A DNA stretch of 63,625 nucleotides, the filler included, from Nemertoderma westbladi (lineage: Eukaryota > Animalia > Xenacoelomorpha): assembly GCA_032718475.1 (NCBI GenBank). It is 3 parts of 3 records of this genome, joined end to end, with 100 filler letters (N's around TTAATTAATTAA, not from the genome) between each part and the next. Parts side by side here need not be neighbours in the genome. Positions count along the whole stretch, not along the records: positions 22,434 to 39,473 come from JAUCBJ010005641.1; positions 39,574 to 63,625 come from JAUCBJ010003884.1; 1 more part is not named here. One strand, written 5' to 3'. Below the pieces are notes generated by a model. The model did not search any database. It worked only from the letters and a program-made list of their open reading frames with translations, and was not told where the DNA came from. Position numbers and translations under genes: made by a program. Of this stretch, positions 38,701-48,365 are shown piece after piece (the first letter of the stretch is position 1; the number at the start of each line of letters is the position of its first letter).

Positions 38701-38894
38701 AACAATTTATCGACGTACATCATATTGCTAAGTGCTCCCCTTACATTAAAAGTCAGGCAGTTCAAATTAGTTTTGGTAACTACAGCAGAATTATTTTCTT
38801 TAAAATTGGTGCATTTTGCATCCAAGCCGGAGCCATTAGAATTGAGCGCTGTAGCACCATCCTGAGCACCAGATCCATCTTTATTGTTAAACAC
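35721..38894 (-). CDS. LINE ORF2: AP endonuclease plus reverse transcriptase (1057 aa, uninterrupted)
   Basis: TFNVRG, GIQELW, NVYAP, IGDFNA, YIDHI, SDHVPV; YRPISSIS, LDISAAYD, GIKQGSILSP, YADD, FLGV. Confidence 0.95.
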   Translation of the reverse strand: MFNNKDGSGAQDGATALNSNGSGLDAKCTNFKENNSAVVTKTNLNCLTFNVRGALSNMMYVDKLLDEHNVDICGIQELWLDGTECEKIWCESFKNNYECLYIPGHQTKHCAVVRGGVGLLIRKNLFDYTMPLESSNDIIGIKATLGNLDLLVLNVYAPDAGKPVSEFYDFLGRLTNILKSYPNSLPILIGDFNADVGPLQGLRFSREHASARGKIFHEFLMQQGIHAADTFSAFQGPTVTFHGRNKSYIDHIVTSRSGANSIHQGFVLGMDEFHNNSDHVPVLVCFKLEVKREEKEKISTKNVQRIHRFAWEKCSKEKLSKCMQETEHKLNRLKDIVSCFDRKWTKRDIDWYGHSLKAIFYDTAYEYIPKKQHKKKSNNIRVRNKKLLERCQTSKKLYNIWCERGKDSGDTFGQMFQDSKRATRHLKNWLTKQHLSKRIDHLIGSYRHNPSGFWNFVNNKRKDTTAESMRGPLTDYLCNQLQKDSSQPKNINSLLEKLSSACSQTEAPVISEKLVERTILLLNRNKSPDKQMMTVEHLLYSEKEVVCYHVTKLLNESISLGCLPDFFGETVVTCIYKGKKKDVCAPSSYRPISSISIFGKVLEGVLLREYLFLEPSPQQLAYQSGIGSDVILSAVLECIEHYRRHGSGVYVCQLDISAAYDGVDQIKLFQKMSDVINPYICRILVVYYQLSRLFININGLVSENGFTMLNGIKQGSILSPALFNYYTNGMFTNIYSCNGQSKIGCRIYNELFSALGYADDILLMASCPRDMEKLATRIETHITKLGLRLEDSKINWIYLSPWNTAENKPPPTLFLNGRHHDMSQSITFLGVNIQRSWQNNVNVLANTIQALAILADRFHKQGWTTKHYPVEKVALLWRSIALSSFLYRHKYSIGALKKFEKAKLDAYYRQKLRGLLHLGSYVSNETLNHLFGTDSLSVGAYRSCLGTLLRGLSTPNYNLQVIFRLGVQNNALGNPGTYQGLGGTLRYAIQEHSLPSIKSLCNYQYCHKSLKERLSPPEVSAVSQMSANFISNTFSIPGVSFRSKHKHIKEYFRIFEL

Positions 38895-39473
38895 GAATCC
38901 TCTTTCTTCTCCCTTCAGTTACCCTATAATGATATTGCTTGGGGCTGAAATCTCTTTCTACTGGATAAAGGCAGTTATCCAATTCTACATACTCTGACAA
39001 GTCTCTCTCTTTAAAGTCCAATGGAGTATTATAAGCAGTTGCGCGTTCTTCCCATCTAACACAAGTGATACCATCTGGCCAGAAAGATGGCTCCAAAAGA
39101 TCTTGTTTACAGTTTCTCTCCATAATGAGCTTCATGTTTTTAATTCCATCAAAGATTCTTGTGGTTATACGGTGAATACGTGCACCGCGATGTTCTACAT
39201 AGGCGACAATGTCTTCCTCTGTATGTTTGCAGTTGATACCATTTACAAAAAACACCTGTGATTCAAGTTGTTTTCTGCCATTATTTGAATTCCCCTTTTC
39301 TCTATGTGAGTCGTTTTCTTTTCTCTTAACATCATGTTTATCCATATCCCTACATGAAAAGTTGGTCTTTAAGTCTTTGTTCTTTGTTTCCATTTTATTA
39401 TTCACTGTGACATTAATTGTGTTCAAATGTTGTTGTTTTGGAAGAGAGCTGGATTTTGTATTTGTAACACTTT
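38887..39473 (-). CDS. LINE ORF1 C-terminal part (RRM-like), truncated by the gap
   Basis: FFVNGINCKHTEEDIVAYV and LLEPSFWPDGITCVRW, typical of LINE ORF1 C-termini; frame stays open up to the N-run. Confidence 0.8.
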
Positions 39474-39573
39474 NNNNNNNNNNNNNNNNNNNNNNNNNNN
39501 NNNNNNNNNNNNNNNNNTTAATTAATTAANNNNNNNNNNNNNNNNNNNNNNNNNNNNNNNNNNNNNNNNNNNN
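39474..39573. other. Artificial scaffold/contig linker
   Basis: Same 44N-TTAATTAATTAA-44N structure as at 22334. Confidence 0.97.
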
Positions 39574-40152
39574 ATTTTTTATTTACTGCAGGACTTAAAA
39601 AAACATAGATGAGAACTGTAAACTTATAAATTGAACGATTACGATTTGGAAATGTAATTTTGAATCGAAAATGGAAATATATCGATTAAAAAAAGCCTTT
39701 AAAAATTAAACGTTAATCAACAAGACATTTCAATACTTTGTAGGTTGTGGTTCTAGTTAATTTTCGCGACAGTAAACATACAGAAGACGTAGCTTATGCC
39801 TAGCTGCCTAGTAGACAATCGTACCAGTACAGAGGAGACCAGTACAGGACAGTCCTGTATATCGTTAATATACTGTTTTAAACAGTATATATACATACAG
39901 ACTACTATGATTGGCATGTGAGTTAGGCCTACTGCTAGTTGTACCGGTACAGCATGCACAAAGTCTGTAAAATGAAAGTAAGTGGTAGTTGATCTAACCT
40001 AATACCGTTGTTACCGGTAACGGACTTAACACATATACTGTATGTATACTATGGACGCTACTGGAAATACCACCAGTTGTATAAAGTTCTAAGACAATAA
40101 TATATTTCCATTTTAGAATAAAAATCATCTCTAATAATAATAATAAACAAAT

Positions 40153-40388
40153 TGGTGTGGGATGGGGTGGAGCGGTAATACTCTCAATAGTGAAAAATAT
40201 CAACTGATCCTATTGGGGCTGGTATCGGGTAGTATTTGAAACCGAGGTATACCGGGTTCGACCCCTAACAGGGTCGCTTGATATTTACTGGCCAAGGAAA
40301 GCGTTATCATACTATTATATTATTATGAACATCATCTCTGAATGATTGTCAATGGTAGAAATGCAGTTTTCTACTTCATCATCATCAA
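40153..40388 (+). mobile_element. tRNA-derived SINE-like element
   Basis: A-box-like GGTGGAGCGGTAA (~40163), B-box GGTTCGACCCC (~40255), and a 3' (CAT)n tail. Confidence 0.5.
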
Positions 40389-41725
40389 TTACTCAAGTTG
40401 TCGGGATCCCGTTTAAACATTATAAATAGTAATTGAATACCGATATTGAATGTTAGTAGAAAGCTTATTGCAATAATGGGTCTAATTCTCAATAGTTTAC
40501 CTAAAGGCAAGATATTAATTTAGCAATAATCTGTAATTGTTGTAATGTAAAATTACAAAAATTGTGAGACCTTTTAGCTCATTTTAGATTTACAGACAAT
40601 AAAAAAAAACGATAAAATTCCAAAACCCGATAAAATTCCAAAGAGGAAGGGAAGGTGATCCTGAATAATTATTAGATTTTGTCTAAATTATTTAAATAAT
40701 CGATAGAAGAAAGATTTCGGAATGTTTGGTGGTGTAAATAAATTGTTCGACACCGACAAACAGAAAAAACATTACGAGTTTTCTAACCTTCCAGCTTTCT
40801 TTCTTTACCCATTAAACCGAAGAAACCCTCTATTGATGATGAACCAGCGACTCTGTATCTTTCTGTTTGTGGGTGTCGATGGCGTTCAACTATCTTATGA
40901 AAAATATGATATAAACAAACTGCTAAATGTATTTAGTGCAGGAAGTTTACATAAACCATATTAAAGAGGCCGAACCAAAACACAATACATCGGCGTTGAA
41001 ATTATTTGTCCATCTTAAATTTCGGGCCTTTTTCGGAAACAATAAATACAAATAAATAATAACATTTTAGCCAGTAAATAATAACACATTCGATTACTAT
41101 TTACAACTTACTTATATAATTTTGAAGGAAATATATTCATATAGTTTTATCCACAACAATAAGCACAAAAAACATATGCCATCTCCTGGAATATAGTGAG
41201 AGGCCTGACCCCGATCCCGCCCTCCCAGTACCGCAGCCATCTCTCCTACACTATATACAGGAGATTGTTATTTAGTTATTGTGAACAGGAAATAACTACA
41301 AAAATGTCCTGGTCATTAATTAAAAAATAAACAACCCGTTAACTTGTAAAATAATTTGTGGATATTACCCAGTTTATTTTACTAAAAAGGAAACTTTAAC
41401 GTCATAAACTTCACGTCATTAACTTAAACGTCATTAACAAATGAATTTCCTGCGGTTAGAAATGTCTAATTCTAAAAATGGGAAAGCAGCTAATCCGACG
41501 GACTTCGTTTAAATAATGAATCTATCAGGGAATATCGAGACATCAAAAATGGAGTAAAACGTTTATTTCAATACTAAATGAGTTAATATTTGTTAGGTGG
41601 GGATAATTATATAAAATTTATAAGTTAAAAGGTTTGGGAAGAAGGTTTACGACATGCCGGTTTCTCTATTGTCCTGAATAAAATTGTAAGTAGATAAAAT
41701 AAATTAATTGATTAAGGTAAATATT

Positions 41726-44700
41726 CTAGGTATCTATGCTGCCGGTGAGTGAGGGCTCCAATAGAACATTAAACTCGGTGAGTATCTCCAGCAGATGGAC
41801 CACAAACTCGCGGAGTCCTGGGTCCCGCATACAACTACACCGCTCGTACATACTGGCGGCCACCGGCGTGTCCGCCACCAACGGGAGCCACCGGTGCACC
41901 AGACGGTCCCTAACGCCCAGACACACCCACAGCTGGAGCTTACCATCCTTCCCCAACCGACGGGGGTCCGCATTAATGCGACCTACGACGCTGATCAACG
42001 TACGTCTGGTCGTCCGGTCTGTATCCGAGGTTTCCGAATGCAGGTTATCCTTAGCAACACTGGCCACGTAGTAAGACACCTTCTCAATAAAATCCCACAG
42101 ATGATACTGATATCTGAACAAACGCGACGATTTAAAACCTTTCAGCAGTATCTCCTCCAGACACTTAACAATTCCATTCTCCCCGCACAGTAAGAAAGTT
42201 AACGCCCCGCTCTCCTTCTGCGCGCTGTAGAAATACTTAACCACGTTGTTTACTGAGTGACCGAGTCTCTCCTGTAGGATGGGCAGTGGGCGGAGACCCC
42301 CTGGGGGCGCGGGGGGCTCGGGATGCCCCCCCGGAGCGCCCCCCAACCGCTCCGCCACTAGGAGGCGCTCCAGACAGTCGTCGCTACCGCGCCCCGCCCC
42401 AATACAGCCGGCGGCGCACCGGAAAGCGTAGCACTGCCCGGCCGGAAGTGACGTCACGTAGACGACGTCGAGGAACCAGTTGGGACCGGAACCGTCGTGT
42501 CCGACCCGCATGGAGGTCGGCGTACCGACGTTCTCGTGGGCAAGAACCAGCCCGCTAGAGGCGTCCTGCCCGACGTGGACTATCTTTGTGGACCTAAGCG
42601 TCCCAGACAGCTGGAGCCAGCAGTTAGCGGCGCTGCTGAAACGTTTACGATTCGTCACAAACTTTACTTGGTAGGAGAATAAACCCATCGAGGTGTTGGT
42701 GAAACACAGAAAGTCCATTGTGTTCAGAGACATTAAATGGTAGACCAGCTGTTCCGTCTCCTCCGAGGAACGAAGGAACGCAAATCTCTTGTAGAGACTC
42801 TTTAGGATTTTCTCGTTGGCGAGGAGCTTCGCGAGGAATTCGGCGAGTTTCTTACGTTCGATACCGAGGCGGATCCAGGAACGTGAGAATCCGATGTCGG
42901 AACGCGAGGAGGAACGGGAGTCGAGAGAGAGAACCGAGTGGATGGAGTCGAGAAGGGAGATGGGAGGGGGAGCGCCGGGGGGAGTGCTGGGGGGAGCTGC
43001 GTGGCGGCCCGGTGATCCTTGATGGGCATCCAACGCCGGGTTGGAATACTTACCCTTCTTTATCTCGTCGAGTTTCATCTGCTGCCGGTACGACATGAGA
43101 TGGGCCCAGAGGGCCGACTTGCCCTGTTTCAGCTGCAGCCCGTGGCTCCAGATCCGCTCCAGCAGGTCGCAGAGCCCCGTAACCAACACTGACTCCTCTA
43201 CGTCGATGGCGTCGGAGCGGGAGCCGGAGTCCCCCAGCGACGTGGTCCGCTGGTAGACCTCCCGTCCCCTCTGGGGGGCATCCGGGGCACCAAGGGGGGT
43301 GGACTGCTGGCCCCCCTCCCGCTCGGGATCCCCCAGGAACGCGCTGTTGGTCCGCCCACGCCCGGGCTCCCCCGAGGATCCGACACTGTCGGATCGACCG
43401 ACACTGTCTGATCGACCGACACTGTCAGACCGATATGCCGAGTCATCCTGCCCCATCTTCAGTAGCAACATCCGTTTGGTTTTAACCTTGACCTCGCGCA
43501 ACAGCCCCCGAACGAACAACACGTTCGCATGTGCGAGAATCGCGGGCGAAGTGTCCGCGGGTTCGACCCCGGGCGCCGGCATAGACAGCAGCAGCTTCTG
43601 GGTCGCCCCCTTCCATTTGGAGCGCCACGGCGACGCCGCCTGCGTGGACTTACGCAGCTGTGCCACGGAACTGCGCCGCCGCGTGTAGTTAACGGCGGAG
43701 GCCTTCAGGGTTGGGAACACCCCGAGGTGGTGTTCCGTGTAGCGTTCCGCGCCCGGTGGAACCAACCTAGCCGGCCCGATCACGTGGTCCACCAGCACGC
43801 AACGCTTCTCCACCTCGTCTATGGATCTCGCGAATTGGTCGGGATCCACCGGGACGTACCACGGTTTAACCAACTCGCCGGATCGAATCAGCGCGATGCG
43901 TTTATCGAAGAAGTTATGAACGGAAGTCGGATCATCGTCGCCAAGTTTACAGCCGACTTTCTGATCAATAAACGACGCGAACATTTGGGTATCCAGTAAT
44001 CGAGCTAAAAATTCTCTGTAATTCTCCGGTTGATCCACTAAGAATGTCGAACCATCGAAACACGCGACTATATCCCGATTATCTATCCAGTTATCCAGCG
44101 TTATATTAGTCGGATATACTATGTAAGTGTCATAATTAGCGAATAATCGCACGAAGGAGTTGAGTAGGATCTCCCTAATGGAGGTGTTGGCGCACTGGTT
44201 GCGTAGGTACGGGTCCTCGATCTCCCCGCGTGGCGTCGACTCAGTGTGGAACATGTCCTGCAACGAGCTAATCACGCCGACTCTCTTAACGATATCCGCG
44301 ATTCGATTTACCGACTCGGATTGTCTGATCACATCGAAACGTTTCGAGTTGATTGCGGCGCTGTCCCTGTGTTCGAACTCACCTCGACTGCAGCTGTGGT
44401 TGGGACTGTTCAAACCCCAGGGACACTTACACACATCCTCGTTGTGAACTTCTTTGCTCTCAGAAGAATCACCTTTATAAGCTCTAACAACTTTATTTAT
44501 TTCGTTTACTAATTCTTTACGATGAGGATGAGACAAAAAGCCGTCGGCGTGATCGACACTGCCTTTATCGAGATCCACTAAACACAGCGAAAGAGTCCGA
44601 ACATCGAAGGACATATCGAATTCACTTCGATGGATTCCCATGATGAAGGGGACAGGGGCTTCTACGAAGTGGATCAAAGATGCGGGAACTATAGGAACAT

Positions 44701-45649
44701 AAGCGCATTGCCACTGGAAAGGGAACAGCAAAGATATTAAACACTCTGATACTGAGGTGAGATGGAACAGGTTAGTAGAGTACAGAAGGATCTGTTGCTC
44801 TAATAGAGCGCTGGCTACGAGGTCAACCAGCGTCTCCGCGGGGATTATATTCAATAAATCCAACAGGGAATAATCAAGCAGAGGAAGTTCATTGGAGTTA
44901 TTGGGTCGGTAACAAGTTACCGGTTTCTCAACGCAAAAAAATTTAAGCGTTCGGCCGAGTGGAGGTAAGGGAACCTCATGTATCATATAGTTAACAAATA
45001 CTTCGAGGCAATATTCCGGCTTGGAATCCTGGCAGCAAAGTGAGTAAAGTTCCGAGAGGAATAACTGACAAGCCGAAATATAAGGCATCGGGGTTAAAAG
45101 ACAAATACATTTTGAGGCATACAGAGTGTCGACTTGAGAGTTGTACTTGTCAGATAACCCATTAGTAATCAAGACATAAGGAGTTTTGAAGTGGAACTCA
45201 GATGGCGATCGCTCTAGAATTGGTGCGCATGCAGAGAAGAGAGTTCGTGATTGTTTATTGCTAACCTCTGCTTCGTGCATTGCTTGCAATGTTGCCATAG
45301 CTTCGCAAATCTCATTATTAACCACAGGTTCCCATATAGTCAGGGCGGAACCATAATATCTACTGCCGTCCTCTTTGGTGATAACGAATGTGTGAAACAC
45401 CGGCTTGTTATCGTGGTCTTGTGTATGAAACAACATACCTCCCGGCATACACAGCATTGAGACGGCATCATTATCAAAAGGAACTGTTTCAATTGAAGAT
45501 GGGAAGTGGGACAAACATTTAGAACGGTATTGTCTCAGTAGAGGTACTTTGTGAATGGTGTCCGCGGAAAGGTTATCAGGTTCCAATCCTGTTGAAATAT
45601 CCAAACCAAGTACACAAAAGTAATAAAATAAGTTGCTCGGTTCATCCAT
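41726..45649 (-). CDS. DENND5: DENN domain-containing protein 5 (Rab6-interacting protein 1): uDENN-DENN-dDENN-RUN-PLAT-RUN, single coding exon
   Basis: FCVLGLDISTGLEPD, FVITKEDGSRYYG, LLFPFQWQCAYVPIVP, TQMFASFID, LCDLLERIWSHGL (RUN1), RVGHDGSGPNWFLD (PLAT), LLKGFKSSRLF and LGKDGK (RUN2); 1307 aa, no interruption. Candidate AATAAA on the minus strand at ~41561-41566. Confidence 0.96.
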   Translation of the reverse strand: MDEPSNLFYYFCVLGLDISTGLEPDNLSADTIHKVPLLRQYRSKCLSHFPSSIETVPFDNDAVSMLCMPGGMLFHTQDHDNKPVFHTFVITKEDGSRYYGSALTIWEPVVNNEICEAMATLQAMHEAEVSNKQSRTLFSACAPILERSPSEFHFKTPYVLITNGLSDKYNSQVDTLYASKCICLLTPMPYISACQLFLSELYSLCCQDSKPEYCLEVFVNYMIHEVPLPPLGRTLKFFCVEKPVTCYRPNNSNELPLLDYSLLDLLNIIPAETLVDLVASALLEQQILLYSTNLFHLTSVSECLISLLFPFQWQCAYVPIVPASLIHFVEAPVPFIMGIHRSEFDMSFDVRTLSLCLVDLDKGSVDHADGFLSHPHRKELVNEINKVVRAYKGDSSESKEVHNEDVCKCPWGLNSPNHSCSRGEFEHRDSAAINSKRFDVIRQSESVNRIADIVKRVGVISSLQDMFHTESTPRGEIEDPYLRNQCANTSIREILLNSFVRLFANYDTYIVYPTNITLDNWIDNRDIVACFDGSTFLVDQPENYREFLARLLDTQMFASFIDQKVGCKLGDDDPTSVHNFFDKRIALIRSGELVKPWYVPVDPDQFARSIDEVEKRCVLVDHVIGPARLVPPGAERYTEHHLGVFPTLKASAVNYTRRRSSVAQLRKSTQAASPWRSKWKGATQKLLLSMPAPGVEPADTSPAILAHANVLFVRGLLREVKVKTKRMLLLKMGQDDSAYRSDSVGRSDSVGRSDSVGSSGEPGRGRTNSAFLGDPEREGGQQSTPLGAPDAPQRGREVYQRTTSLGDSGSRSDAIDVEESVLVTGLCDLLERIWSHGLQLKQGKSALWAHLMSYRQQMKLDEIKKGKYSNPALDAHQGSPGRHAAPPSTPPGAPPPISLLDSIHSVLSLDSRSSSRSDIGFSRSWIRLGIERKKLAEFLAKLLANEKILKSLYKRFAFLRSSEETEQLVYHLMSLNTMDFLCFTNTSMGLFSYQVKFVTNRKRFSSAANCWLQLSGTLRSTKIVHVGQDASSGLVLAHENVGTPTSMRVGHDGSGPNWFLDVVYVTSLPAGQCYAFRCAAGCIGAGRGSDDCLERLLVAERLGGAPGGHPEPPAPPGGLRPLPILQERLGHSVNNVVKYFYSAQKESGALTFLLCGENGIVKCLEEILLKGFKSSRLFRYQYHLWDFIEKVSYYVASVAKDNLHSETSDTDRTTRRTLISVVGRINADPRRLGKDGKLQLWVCLGVRDRLVHRWLPLVADTPVAASMYERCSCMRDPGLREFVVHLLEILTEFNVLLEPSLTGSIDT

Positions 45650-46214
45650 TGTACTGTTTTTGATATATTAACTTTAATTAAATAATGAGTCCATCCAAAG
45701 GGTATGGTTCTGTAGTTTCTGGCTGTATGGACTGCGACTGATGGAGTTGGTTAGAGCTTGGAGCCAGCAACTTAGCTTAGCTTCGAGGGCATACGCCTGG
45801 ACTAGCTAGAACTGCAGAATGCAGATACCTAGGTGTTTCTGTGTTTGTGTTCTCTATCTAGCATAATCACATAGTACCGTATTTCCACTTTCCAGCTACC
45901 ATGCCAACCAGGTCAGCAGGTCTCTTGCAATACAAATAAAGAATCAAAATGCATTATTTTCATCAGGTTACTACAGTACTACTCAGTTACCGGTACGGTG
46001 GGTACTGAGGTTGAGGTAGGCCTACCTACACCTCAGCACCTACACCTACAGGCAGACAGGTATAAATAAATACCGGTACAGCAATACCGGTAATAAATAT
46101 TGGCATAGGCTTAAAATATTAATAATAAAATATGTAGGCCTAATTATTATTGACATACTAAATTTATCACATCACTACCATACAATAATAGGCCTACAGT
46201 CAGACAGTAATAAT

Positions 46215-46312
46215 AAGCCGGCACAGCATTCTTACATCTTAAGCCGGTACAGCATTCTTAAAAATGCAGCTGCAATGCAGCATGCCGATCATAGTAGTAG
46301 TAGTAGTACTAG
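46215..46312 (+). mobile_element. Extreme 3' end of the RTE LINE family (stem-loop plus TAG tail)
   Basis: Matches 31151-31221, with a duplicated AAGCCGG(C/T)ACAGCATTCTTA. Confidence 0.85.
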
Positions 46313-47185
46313 TAATACGAACAGACGAATACGTATATATTATTATATACTATTATTATACTGTTATCAGGTTAGGGTAAACTGGGGTAATTTGGGACAT
46401 GGGGGAATTTGGGACAGGCTGGGGTAATTTGGGACAAGTCTTTTCTTGTAGGCAGTGGGGTTTGGTGGGTTGTTTAAATTATAGGCCTACACTTAGCTTC
46501 ATACTTTCTCTAGCTCTTTTAAATTCTGTAGGGCTGTCGGGTAGACTAGCCGTCACAGGTAAGTCGCAAGTGTAAGGTGTTCGCTTTCAGATATTTCGCC
46601 CTCTAGCAGCAGACTCGAGAACTGCAGCAGCAGCAGATTAATCACCTTCCTCAAAAAGACACAGCATGTAGTCGTGGTCAGGTACTTATATTCCAAGACT
46701 CAGCTTAAACAGATTAATATGAAGAAAATTGAGACATGGGTAAGCGGAAGATCACTTTCATACATTTTACCCTCTAGGAGCAGGACTGGAGAACAGAACT
46801 GCAGACCAATTACCGACCCCACCAAGACTGCAAGGCACATTACTGCATTACTGACGCAGGATGTATTCTAAAGAGAGCACATACTGATACATACAGACAG
46901 ACAGACAACATATTTGACAAGTTTCAGCTAGGACGGATCATAAATAATGGAATGAGTCAAGGATGTCACTTTCAGACATTTTTGCCCTCTAGCGGCAGAC
47001 TGGAGAACAGATGACCGATAACCTTCTTCCCAAAGATTCAACATGTGGTATAGTAGCAGGGCCTATACCAGTATACCGTAGTACATACTCTGATACTATG
47101 CCAACATTCAGCTAAAGGTAATCGAATTAGAATCACAGAAATGGGAGAAGGTTTTCACTTTCAGACATTTCGCCCTCTAGGAGCA

Positions 47186-48087
47186 CCAGGTTGGAATTCA
47201 TGCATGAGCGCGCAGGTACGCTTTGTTGTTTTGAAATCACCGCGCACCTGAAATTGGCTCGTCGTGCACCTCATCATATGTCATAATCCAAACAAAATCG
47301 CGCAGCTCATGTCATGCATATCTCAAAAAATCGCACAGTTCATAAGAACAATTTTACATTCCTATTTTACAAGTTTGAGCGTTTTAAGCTTATCTTTACG
47401 TCTGTCTGTCTGTACGTTGAATCTAGGCTTACATAATAAATGTAATTTTTGCAACATCAAAATTGTTAATATTAAAAAATATTTTTTTAATCCACTACTA
47501 TGGTGGCCCATCGGGCTCACTGCTTTTATAACAGAAAATATTATTTTAGATTACAAACAAAACATGTACCGGTAATTTCAAAAAAACGAATATTGAAATA
47601 GGTACCAGTCTGCCAATAATACTTTGTATAGGCCTACCTAACAATTAGGCTTAAACATACAGTTGGCTTATAATTAAGTCATACTTATAATACATTGTTA
47701 CTTTCTGACTTTACCTGTTTACTAACGTATCATCGGCATAGCATAGACCTAATAACAATACAACAATAGAGTACTGTAGTTAAAATAAATAGACAAATTC
47801 AGGTCCGGTTGCCGGTATTACAGTATTATGGTGAAGTGATTTGACTGTTTGAAGAATCGGAAATGAGAAACTAATGCGAGCGCAGCGAGCGAAATTTTTT
47901 TGTGTATTTTCGTGATTTCTATTAATTTGTGGTGCGCATCAGAGGCAGAGCTGCGCGCTGAGGCGCAACGCGCACCTGTCTCACACCCGAACGCGCACCT
48001 GTCTCACCCAAACGCGCAACGCGCATCTGGTTTGCGGTCATTCGCGCAGGTACGCGTCCGAGTTTTGCAGCATGAATTCCAACCTGG
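47186..48087. mobile_element. Nested MITE, TIR CCAGGTTGGAATTCATGC, 8-bp TSD TAGGAGCA (hAT/P/MULE-like)
   Basis: TSD at 47178-47185 and 48088-48095; removing the element restores the host unit GCCCTCTAGGAGCAGACTGGAGAACTGCAG. Confidence 0.9.
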
Positions 48088-48365
48088 TAGGAGCAGACTG
48101 GAGAACTGCAGATGAATCACCGTCCTCAAAAAGACACATCATGTAGTCGTGATCTGGTACTATATTCCAAGACTCAACTTAAACAGATTAGATCAAGTAA
48201 ATGGCAGAATGGGTACAGGGGAAGTGGAAGGATCACTTTCATACATTTTGCCCTCTAGTGGTAGACTGAAGAAATGCAGACCACTTACCGACCCCTCCAA
48301 GACACAGCAGCAGCAGCACATTGATGCAGGATGTATTCTGGCCGAGCACATACTGGCATAAAGAC

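Larger units (their letters stand above)
35090..39473 (-). mobile_element. LINE (APE-RT, two ORFs, poly-A tail), 5' end lost in the gap; clade uncertain (RTE-X/L2-like)
   Basis: A18 tail at 35090-35107, ~610-bp 3' UTR, intact ORF2 and overlapping ORF1. Confidence 0.93.

Noticed and set aside
40195-40270. tRNA gene
   Set aside because: A B-box is present but no cloverleaf or acceptor stem can be formed; better explained as a SINE head.
41734-45460. Many overlapping and antisense ORFs within DENND5
   Set aside because: Shadow ORFs caused by high GC; no recognisable domains.
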